64,000 nucleotides of DNA from Pirellula sp. (lineage in GTDB: Bacteria > Planctomycetota > Planctomycetia > Pirellulales > Pirellulaceae). The stretch is taken from contig JAYTVM010000219.1 of NCBI GenBank assembly GCA_043743995.1, positions 7,094 to 71,093 of the forward strand, given 5' to 3'. Below, in pieces: positions 38,328-46,234 of the stretch. A model generated the notes under the pieces. It saw nothing but the letters and a program-made list of their open reading frames with translations, was not told the origin of the DNA and ran no database searches. A program made the position numbers and the translations under genes. Numbering within the stretch: position 1 is the first letter of the stretch; every line of letters begins with the position of its first letter.

Positions 38328-39803
38328 CTAGAACTGTTGCTTAAACGTAACTGGCATCCACGGGCGACCCGTAGTGCTGAATTTGCGGCCGCCCTGATAA
38401 AGAATCCCATCGACACACCAATGAGGTGGCCCACCCTTGCGAAGATCAGCAAAAACCTGAGGCTGTACTTCGTATTCGAAAGTCTCACTCATGCCAGCGC
38501 TTTGCGTCGGGTTGGTGTTTCCCCATAGCGATTGCAACCAAGTGCTTTGATTAGACGAACTATTTGAATTGAACAGGTATTGTCGCGATCTTCCGATTAG
38601 GTCTGCCGCATAGAGATTGGTTTTGATGTCCGCTTGTTGGTGGAAAATATGGCTTTGCAGATTTCCAAGCAGGCTATGGACTTGGGATTCGGCTTGATCG
38701 CCAAAGACGGCAAAATAATTGCTGATGGATTGCGTTGCATTGACAACCGCCGTACGAGTGCTCCGAGCCGTCGTTTGAAATACTTGGTCCTCTTTGACCG
38801 CCGTAAGGTGACTTTCGTCAGTTACGATGAAGACCGGCCTACCATTCTGGGATACGTCGCGTCGCTCCTGGGCACGTTGCATGCAGTATTTCCACTGGAC
38901 CTGTACGAAAACGCCTGTATCACCCCACAGCTTTGTTGCAAGATCGATAATAAATATTTTCCCGTCCTGGGCCATCTCGGGAGCGACGTTCGACGTTGTG
39001 CTGGTTAACTCCCGAATAAGGCCGCGATTGAGCACATCGAGCATGCTCGTAAACACGCTCAAAATGACGGAGCGGGTACGATCCGATAGCCCTGGCCATT
39101 CCTTAAAAAAGAAATCGGCGGTTAATTCCAAGTCTTTGCGACGAACGGGGTCCTTGGTTTTCTTATCGGCCTCCTCAAGGCACTGGCAACAATACGAGTC
39201 CTTCCGCCATTCCTCTGATCGCAATTGTTCGAACGATGTAGGTGCAGAAATTACCAATTTGTAAAGATCCGTCGAACTTAAGCTGCCTTTGGCCAGCACT
39301 TGAAGGTCGACCGAGTTGCGAACAACTTGCTGATTGGTACGCTGCCAATAGCCTTCGTCGCTTCCGCCCCCGCCACTGCTATTGTTGCGCTGGCTGATTT
39401 CAAGCAGGGTCGTCAGTAACGTCACAACCGACTGAGTTTGGCCAGCACCAGCATCAGTTCGGTGAAGCTCCGCATCCAATGCGTTAAATCGGTAGGGATT
39501 TAACGGCGTGAAGACAATCACGTCCTTCTCCCTACCTAGCTTTCTGCACAGTCTCAAGTAATTGCCGCAGTCATCCGGCTTGGAGGTTAAGAATATCCCC
39601 CCGAACCCTGCCATAAGAAATGAACGAATAATGGCTTCCAGACTGCCAGTACTTTTTCCGGAGCCAGTTGATCCAAAGATCTGCGTCCCCTGGCAGGCAT
39701 CGCCTACAGTCCAACTGTCTTGACCGTTCAAATTCAAAATCGGCGTAGTCAGCCCCCACTCCCGATTCTCAGAATTTTGCCGTCGCTTACTTTTCCCCCA
39801 CAT
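38328..39803 (-). CDS. Type IV coupling protein (VirD4/TraD-like ATPase)
   Basis: Walker A GSTGSGKS, Walker B FIVTDESH, ATQSISN, LLGNLQSHIFHQ; no N-terminal TM segment seen. Confidence 0.85.
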   Translation of the reverse strand: MWGKSKRRQNSENREWGLTTPILNLNGQDSWTVGDACQGTQIFGSTGSGKSTGSLEAIIRSFLMAGFGGIFLTSKPDDCGNYLRLCRKLGREKDVIVFTPLNPYRFNALDAELHRTDAGAGQTQSVVTLLTTLLEISQRNNSSGGGGSDEGYWQRTNQQVVRNSVDLQVLAKGSLSSTDLYKLVISAPTSFEQLRSEEWRKDSYCCQCLEEADKKTKDPVRRKDLELTADFFFKEWPGLSDRTRSVILSVFTSMLDVLNRGLIRELTSTTSNVAPEMAQDGKIFIIDLATKLWGDTGVFVQVQWKYCMQRAQERRDVSQNGRPVFIVTDESHLTAVKEDQVFQTTARSTRTAVVNATQSISNYFAVFGDQAESQVHSLLGNLQSHIFHQQADIKTNLYAADLIGRSRQYLFNSNSSSNQSTWLQSLWGNTNPTQSAGMSETFEYEVQPQVFADLRKGGPPHWCVDGILYQGGRKFSTTGRPWMPVTFKQQF

Positions 39804-39821
39804 AACTCATCTCCTAGATGG

Positions 39822-40643
39822 CTAACCAGTAATTCGAGATTGATCACGCAGTACATTGACGAAGGTCGCGAGTTCCACACCTCGAGTACGTTCACGCCGA
39901 GCTTTAGAAAGTAGTTCTTCGAGCCAGGCAATGAAGCTAGCCATGTCGAGCCCAGGGCCGCAAACCGTTACGGTGCGATCGGCATCCAACGACGCAACTG
40001 CTCGACCCGAAGAGGGATTTTTTGGCTTTGGAGCGTCCTTAGAATTGCGTTTGCGAATCGCGCCAATGAGTCCATCGCGGGTCAGTTTTCCTGCCGTGAC
40101 TTGATTCGCTAATTCTGCTTGAGAACTTGTGTCTTTGACCTTTGTCAATTCGTAGGCGCTGCTCGCCGGAATTGTTCCTTGATCAACCTTTTCTAAAATA
40201 TCCTTTGGCAATGTCAAAATTGCCAGGCTTTTGGTGACCGATGCCATAGAAATACAAAGGCGCTTCGCGACCTCCGATGACGACCACATAGTCAACTCCA
40301 TCAGCCGCATAATCGCAAGCGCTTGTTCGCTAACGGTCAAATGCTCATGCTGGCAATTAGCAATAAACTGCCGATGAATCGTTTCGGCATCACTTAGGAT
40401 TGCGTTATCGATCAGGATCGGAACTTTTTCCCAGTTGAGCCTAATTGCAGCCATGCACCGCCGTGCTCCATCGAGAATCAGTAGCCGTGTTTCCACTTGA
40501 CGCACGCGAATGGGTTGCAACATCTTTACTTCCTCAAGGCTTGCCATCAGTCCGACAATCCCTTGCTCGTCAAACGATTGCCTGATGTTGGAATCCGCAA
40601 TCAGATCGCGTGGATTCGCATATTGAAACTTTTCAGTTGTCAT
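39822..40643 (-). CDS. ParB/RepB/Spo0J family protein
   Basis: NIRQSFD, LQPIRV, LDGARRCMAA (GxxR), ANCQHEHLT, HTH SEVAKRLCISMASV. Confidence 0.88.
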   Translation of the reverse strand: MTTEKFQYANPRDLIADSNIRQSFDEQGIVGLMASLEEVKMLQPIRVRQVETRLLILDGARRCMAAIRLNWEKVPILIDNAILSDAETIHRQFIANCQHEHLTVSEQALAIMRLMELTMWSSSEVAKRLCISMASVTKSLAILTLPKDILEKVDQGTIPASSAYELTKVKDTSSQAELANQVTAGKLTRDGLIGAIRKRNSKDAPKPKNPSSGRAVASLDADRTVTVCGPGLDMASFIAWLEELLSKARRERTRGVELATFVNVLRDQSRITG

Positions 40644-40719
40644 TGTTGGTACCTTCGTTGAGAATGGGAATTGAAACATTGCATATTGCTTGAGACATAA
40701 GCGACTCGCGAGGCCGCAC

Positions 40720-41184
40720 CTAATTCGATCGCAAGAAGTCGCTTGCGAATCCCGCACGCTCGTAGCTATCGGCCAACATTCGGCGACAGCGTTCTAATTC
40801 AAAGACAACGAGGTCAACCTTTTGGTAAACGAGTTGTGGTGTCACCGCATCAAGGTTGACTTCAGACTCAACGGTGAAACTGTCAAAGCCAAACTGTTTG
40901 GAGAAGCACCATCGGAGCCCACGCATCGTTCTGTTTCTTCGGATAGCCGCATCAACTACTGTTTTGGGCGCTTGGATTGATGAGAACACAAGTCGAGAGT
41001 GTCCAATAATTCTTAACTCGTTGCGACATATTAACAATGAAACCAAGTGTCTTGATTGCTCAAGCCTGATAACGACTGTGATCATGTCGGTGCACTTGTT
41101 CCTAAACTCAAAGTCGAGTTTCAAAATAATCTTGCGAGCTTTTTCTCGCAGATGTTTTGATGGATGGAAGATCCGTTCAATCAT
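40720..41184 (-). CDS. YbjN/CesT-like chaperone-fold protein, copy 3
   Basis: DAAIRRNRTMRGLRW motif shared with the two upstream ORFs; AAGGAGG upstream. Confidence 0.55.
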   Translation of the reverse strand: MIERIFHPSKHLREKARKIILKLDFEFRNKCTDMITVVIRLEQSRHLVSLLICRNELRIIGHSRLVFSSIQAPKTVVDAAIRRNRTMRGLRWCFSKQFGFDSFTVESEVNLDAVTPQLVYQKVDLVVFELERCRRMLADSYERAGFASDFLRSN

Positions 41185-41230
41185 TCGTTGTAGCACGAGA
41201 GGCCCCCTCCTTAAAAAAGTTGGATTTGAT

Positions 41231-41674
41231 TTACGAACAAATCGGACGGAGGTTTTCGCGGCAGTATTCAAGTTCGCAAACTACTCCGTCCAGTACACTT
41301 TCAAAGCAATTTGTGTTGCAGCTATTTAGTGCTGTATGTGCAGTCACGGCAAAGATCGTGAGTGGTCCATACGCCAGAACCGACCAAGCGGCTCCTTGTA
41401 GGGTGGCGTTGCGGTTCAAGAAAATGCGAGCAATCGAAAAGGGCATCTCGTGGTGTTCCATCACCACATCGGAAATGCCGTATATCGACAGCATGTTCAA
41501 ACGTGACTCGAGCAAAACCCTATACGCCCCTGTTTTCCTTGCCAATAAAAGTTCCGTCGCGTCCTGACACGACTGCTTGGGAACCAGTCCCAAGCAACGG
41601 AGAATTCGACTTAGCTTGCGCTGGTACTTGCTGTTAGGAGTCATTTGGCGTCGTACAACCGTCTCAAAAAACAT
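41231..41674 (-). CDS. YbjN/CesT-like chaperone-fold protein, copy 2
   Basis: RIFLNRNATLQGAAWSV motif; ~147 aa. Confidence 0.6.
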   Translation of the reverse strand: MFFETVVRRQMTPNSKYQRKLSRILRCLGLVPKQSCQDATELLLARKTGAYRVLLESRLNMLSIYGISDVVMEHHEMPFSIARIFLNRNATLQGAAWSVLAYGPLTIFAVTAHTALNSCNTNCFESVLDGVVCELEYCRENLRPICS

Positions 41675-41713
41675 GTGTAAGCCTCGCGTAAAAAGTCCTT
41701 CAATTGTCAGTGG

Positions 41714-42220
41714 CTACTGGCAAAACCCTGCCCTTTGAAGCGCTGCGTACATGGCTGGTATCTCACTTTGCATGTACTTCGCAACATGAGCGAATGACCG
41801 ACCATCAATTGCACCTCGCGTAATCCTTATTTGGAGAAGCAATAGGAATGCATCGTCGCTATTGATGAGGCCCCATGTACCGTATTCCAACGTGGAATTT
41901 CGGGCATTGATCAATGATTCCAGTTCTCGCGTAGTATGGCGGAATCGGACAGGGCACACAGATCCCGTCATTGGCTGGCGGCCTTCGATCGCAAAAATGC
42001 ATCGTACGCCGTCGTATTGAAAGACGATTGTGTCAGCTTCGAGGGAGTCTAAATGTCCTCCAAGCAGTTCGCAAGCATCAAATGCTGCGCCCGCGAGCGG
42101 CGAAAGTCGATGTGCATACGCTTTTTCGGCAGCATGTTTCTTGTGTCTTTCGTGGCGATAATGGTGCAATGCGTGCACCCCAAAGTGAAGCAACGTATGA
42201 AGTAGTTGATTGTGCGACAC
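41714..42220 (-). CDS. YbjN/CesT-like chaperone-fold protein with His-rich N-terminus, copy 1
   Basis: SLINARNSTLEYGTWGL motif; 9 His in the first 29 residues. Confidence 0.65.
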   Translation of the reverse strand: MSHNQLLHTLLHFGVHALHHYRHERHKKHAAEKAYAHRLSPLAGAAFDACELLGGHLDSLEADTIVFQYDGVRCIFAIEGRQPMTGSVCPVRFRHTTRELESLINARNSTLEYGTWGLINSDDAFLLLLQIRITRGAIDGRSFAHVAKYMQSEIPAMYAALQRAGFCQ

Positions 42221-42334
42221 AGGTTTGTCCCCTATGGAAAATGAAAAATGCGAAAAGAAGTAGCTTGAAGAACAGCAACTAATCGGCTGTCCTTCAACGA
42301 TTTTCAGACATCGGCGATCAACTAACCCATGAGG

Positions 42335-42607
42335 TCAGTTCGCCGATAATCGCAATGCCTCGCGGGCAGAAGCGATGCCAACCAACAATGCCCCCAAATC
42401 GTCAATTAAGCCGATTGGCCCAAGGAGAGCTTCCGGCATGAGGTCGACAGGGCTAATCACATAAACAATGCATCCAACCGCCATCAAAGCCTTTTTCATG
42501 ACGTCGCGCATACGACTTTGCGGAAGTGCGAGCACAACCACAAAAACAAGGCCAAAGATGGTAGAACAAACTGCTAAGACGCTGAGAAACCCAAAAAACG
42601 TAGACAT
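42335..42607 (-). CDS. DUF1232 (YkvA) family membrane protein
   Basis: YVISPVDLMPEALLGPIGLIDD. Confidence 0.85.
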   Translation of the reverse strand: MSTFFGFLSVLAVCSTIFGLVFVVVLALPQSRMRDVMKKALMAVGCIVYVISPVDLMPEALLGPIGLIDDLGALLVGIASAREALRLSAN

Positions 42608-42791
42608 CGAACTGCTCCTCGAAATGAGAATCGCTTGGACAATCTGTCCAATACACCTTTTGATTTGCGGCGGGAAACGCTCTCGCCTTGCAAGAAAAGC
42701 AGAATAAGCTCAATTCCAAAAAAGAAAAAACTGCGTTCTTTTTGTGCGCACTCGCTCGGACAGTTCGAGAGGTCGAAAAAATGAAAGTCGA

Positions 42792-43253
42792 TCAGCGTTG
42801 TTTGGTTTCGAAAGGCCTGGCTTGCCTGCGAGCCTGTGCTTCAATCGACTGGATCCATTCCCTGGACTCTGTCTTCCCGGCTGTAATGCCAAGCCGATCA
42901 TAATCTTCGAAAAGAAGCCTCATCACCGTGGGTCCGCGTTCTGAGTATTCTACGCCGGCGTCCGCTTGAGGAATTCCAGCCGCTTGGCAATAAGCGATTT
43001 GTGCAAGTTCACGTTCAAGCTGCATGACGGTTTCAAGCTCATCAAAAATGGAAATGTCCATAATTTCCATTCGCTTGAATCCAAAATCGTCGTCAGACTT
43101 TTCTCGCAACGAGGCAATCGTAACGCGGTCTGTGGCAAAACGCATTTTTGACCAGTCAAAGTGATCCAATTTGCGTTGCGAATCTGGGTGACGAGTTGAC
43201 ATACATTGACCTACAGATTTTTTCTTCCGCAGAATCAATAGTTCAGCTTTCAT
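42792..43253 (-). CDS. Hypothetical protein
   Basis: 153 aa, co-oriented in the minus-strand array; no motif recognised. Confidence 0.6.
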   Translation of the reverse strand: MKAELLILRKKKSVGQCMSTRHPDSQRKLDHFDWSKMRFATDRVTIASLREKSDDDFGFKRMEIMDISIFDELETVMQLERELAQIAYCQAAGIPQADAGVEYSERGPTVMRLLFEDYDRLGITAGKTESREWIQSIEAQARRQARPFETKQR

Positions 43254-43276
43254 AACATGTCCAGCAAAAATGAAGG

Positions 43277-45136
43277 CTACACCTTCATTGAATTCACGAA
43301 TGCTCGCGCTAATTTTGCGAAGGCCCGGCCATCTTCTGTCAAATTTCCAGCCTTGTTGTTACCGCTGTCAATCAAAGTTGTGACCCGATGTCGGCGCTCG
43401 CTGAGCGCATTTTCCAATCCCAGTATTGCCTTGCGGAGGTTTGAATCACTTTGCCCCTTCAAGTTTTTCTGCTTGAGAATGGATGCAATTTTTAACATTC
43501 CCATCGGACCGTACTCTTCAATAGCGTCAACGATCAGAACGAACGATTTAATCCATTTGGGTTGTTTGATCCAACGGAGATCGTCAATCCCGTTACCAAG
43601 CAGTCCTTGTTCCTCCAATCGATATCGAAGAAAGCGGAGTAGTTCATTCCCTGGAAATTGCTCCTCCAAGGCAATGAAGTGGCTTAAGGCAATCGGTCCA
43701 ATGCTTTCGATCACCTTGCATGCAAGATCGGATCGCCAGCGATCACCGGACAAGGCTATTTTTAGCAGACTTGGCGTAAACTTTTCGGCTTCGTGACCCG
43801 CTCTGGACAGTGCGACTAGTAGGTTTGTCACCAAGTCTTGGTCATCTGACTCGAGTAAGTTGCTAAATTCTTCGAACCGGTTGCAGATCTGTAAACTTGA
43901 CAAATGTGCAGAAAACAATCGTGAGGCTTGTGAGCTTGGATTCTCGACGATTGCTCTCAGCATCGCAGCTCTCGCAGTTTCTCCAATATTTCCCAACGCA
44001 AACAGCGAGATCCAATTTCGAAACGTCGTGTCTCGTTTTGCCAATTCAAGCAACGGGCGAATAGAATGCTCACCAGCCTCAACAGCAATCTTGGCAAGTT
44101 TCTCGAGGACTACGATGTCTCTCTCAACGGCCATCCGTTCAACGATAAACTGTGCGTCTCTTCCGACCAATGGGGGACAACACCACAGTAACACGGTTGC
44201 TGCCATGTTGCGAATTCGGACCTTTCTCGACTCTAGTCTCTTTATCAGTATCTGAATTGCATCCGGTGGAAAACCCTCTTTCAACCGCTTGAGATTCTCT
44301 GCGGCTCTAAGCACCACTTCTTGCGAATCTGTACTCAAAAGTTCGATGAGCATTTGTTTGGCATCGAATGAATGCTGGGCCATCGTTCCAATCGTGTACA
44401 CAAGCCTGTCTCTCACTTTCTGAGAGACCGTTGCGTCATTGATACCGCTAAGCAAGAAATCAAACCCGATTTTCGAGCTTGCACCGATTCCAACCAAACG
44501 ATCTGACAAGCAAAGAAAGAAGTCTGCTCTGCCAATTTGCTCTGAGATTCCAATCAAATATTGCCATGCACGTTCACTATGTAGTCCAAAGTGAATCAAC
44601 GCAATCGCCGATTCAAATCGATCCACCTCGTCGCCGCATTCCCCATTCAGCTTTTTCAGGAGTATTTGCAAGGCGATTAACTTAAGACTCTCAATTCGCA
44701 AAGCGACTGCTGGGACGAGGTGGCGAACGACTGACTCGTCATCCGAAAGATGTTTTTCAACGATTGAAAATGCTTCTTGCGGTACAAATGGCAACCACTG
44801 CAAAATCCCATACGCTGTTGACTGCAATTCCTCTGAATCACAATCTAAGTATCGAAGCAAGACACCTATTGCGAGGTGGCATTCCTCTGAAGCATGAAAA
44901 AACAACAAGAACAATCGTGCTGCAAATAGCCTTTCCAATTCGTCAGGGCACTTCAGTTCTTCAAGCAGCGATTCTCTAATTTCCCGCCGCGGAAGGTCGT
45001 CTAGCACCAACAAGAATCGTTCTGGATCAGACGTCGAAGCGCCTTTCGTCATAGCTGTACTTTCTTCGAGAAGACCTCGCACCATGGCTTTGGTCTTTTC
45101 TTTTGAAGGCATAACCCGAAACTCTATACTTGACAT
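43277..45136 (-). CDS. HEAT-repeat protein with C-terminal LysR-type winged HTH
   Basis: Repeated helical pairs (LLSTDSQEVVLRAAENL, RIRNMAATVL); C-terminal SDSNLRKAILGLENAL...LTEDGRAF; GGAGGAG RBS before ATG 45136. Confidence 0.7.
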   Translation of the reverse strand: MSSIEFRVMPSKEKTKAMVRGLLEESTAMTKGASTSDPERFLLVLDDLPRREIRESLLEELKCPDELERLFAARLFLLFFHASEECHLAIGVLLRYLDCDSEELQSTAYGILQWLPFVPQEAFSIVEKHLSDDESVVRHLVPAVALRIESLKLIALQILLKKLNGECGDEVDRFESAIALIHFGLHSERAWQYLIGISEQIGRADFFLCLSDRLVGIGASSKIGFDFLLSGINDATVSQKVRDRLVYTIGTMAQHSFDAKQMLIELLSTDSQEVVLRAAENLKRLKEGFPPDAIQILIKRLESRKVRIRNMAATVLLWCCPPLVGRDAQFIVERMAVERDIVVLEKLAKIAVEAGEHSIRPLLELAKRDTTFRNWISLFALGNIGETARAAMLRAIVENPSSQASRLFSAHLSSLQICNRFEEFSNLLESDDQDLVTNLLVALSRAGHEAEKFTPSLLKIALSGDRWRSDLACKVIESIGPIALSHFIALEEQFPGNELLRFLRYRLEEQGLLGNGIDDLRWIKQPKWIKSFVLIVDAIEEYGPMGMLKIASILKQKNLKGQSDSNLRKAILGLENALSERRHRVTTLIDSGNNKAGNLTEDGRAFAKLARAFVNSMKV

Positions 45137-45389
45137 GACTCCTCCAATTGATCTGAAACGATAACGATTGCCGAATGCGTCGTTCCTGAACCTGTTGCAA
45201 ACTTGCTTGAATGTCCCATTCCAGCCTTTAATTGCTTTTACGCATTGCACTAAACTTGATTCATCCTGCCACAAAATAACTTTGATGTCGGGGCGACACC
45301 GGCAGGATCGCCGCTAGCGTACCTAATTCCAATTTACAGTCAGCGTCGGTGATGCATTCACTAACCCGTCGCCAGCATGCTCCACCTGC

Positions 45390-45668
45390 TCACAAATCAG
45401 TAATGTGATTGTTGTGCGAGCCTTCGGCCATCATAACACAATGAGAAACATCGAATGACGTTTCCTTCACGTTTTGCCACTGCATTGCTTGAAATTCATT
45501 AAGTCGGTTTGTCGCGATCACCCATCCATATTCGGATGCATAATTGTTGAACTGGCTCCACTGCATCCACGCTCCACATTGATCCTTGCGATATTGCTTC
45601 GGATCATTTCCAAGGACTACCAATGTCAAGTCCCAAGCGAGAAGCTTGTCATGTTCATTGTCGGGCAT
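45390..45668 (-). CDS. Small protein resembling a degenerate HNH-family member
   Basis: YRKDQCGAW...EYGW...MQWQN resembles HNH-containing small proteins, but the DHI segment is missing. Confidence 0.45.
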   Translation of the reverse strand: MPDNEHDKLLAWDLTLVVLGNDPKQYRKDQCGAWMQWSQFNNYASEYGWVIATNRLNEFQAMQWQNVKETSFDVSHCVMMAEGSHNNHITDL

Positions 45669-45832
45669 AGGCGCGACCTTTCAGAAAACTAAGACTTCCG
45701 GAAGTAATTCTCCAACAATACACGAAGTATATTAAAGTGTAGCCCGCAAGCAACTATGCACGGGACATTTCCGATAACGCCCCCACCGTCCAACGATTTC
45801 GATCTGCATATTTTTGATCCGACTTTGGATTG

Positions 45833-46234
45833 CTACGAGATCCTAATCTCTTCGATCAATGGCGAATCCTGGCGCCCTTCCAAGTGGCCCGCTTCCTGTA
45901 TCCACGGTACACGGTGTCGGATAATTCCAGCAAATAGGCTTATGCAAGGACGTATTTCTTCGTTTAGTTTCTTGCCGTTAATGCGAATCGTGGTTGCTCC
46001 AAACTGCAATTTAATTCCTTCGGAAGGATCGAACTCGGCGCGTTCTAGCCACGGGTAGCCAATACACGTAATGTTGCCGGTGCGGTGCCTCAGTTCCAGC
46101 ATAAGTGCACGGTCACGCGTACCGCGAAGCCAGCCAAAGGTTTGAAGATTCTCCTCCAACTCGGCTTCTTCCGTTCGGCGACCGGAGTGATCATCATTTC
46201 GCCCAACCAGTCGGTTCAAGATACTATCGTTCAT
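45833..46234 (-). CDS. Hypothetical protein overlapping the relaxase stop
   Basis: FGWLRGTRDRALMLELR...YPWLERAEFDPSEGI; 11 nt overlap with the relaxase end. Confidence 0.7.
   Translation of the reverse strand: MNDSILNRLVGRNDDHSGRRTEEAELEENLQTFGWLRGTRDRALMLELRHRTGNITCIGYPWLERAEFDPSEGIKLQFGATTIRINGKKLNEEIRPCISLFAGIIRHRVPWIQEAGHLEGRQDSPLIEEIRIS

Noticed and set aside
40856-41329. 157 aa plus-strand ORF
   Set aside because: It overlaps a minus-strand ORF that shares a motif with its neighbours and has an RBS; it runs against the co-oriented array.
43257-44255. Plus-strand ORFs of 179 and 131 aa
   Set aside because: Antisense to the HEAT-HTH gene; no independent support.
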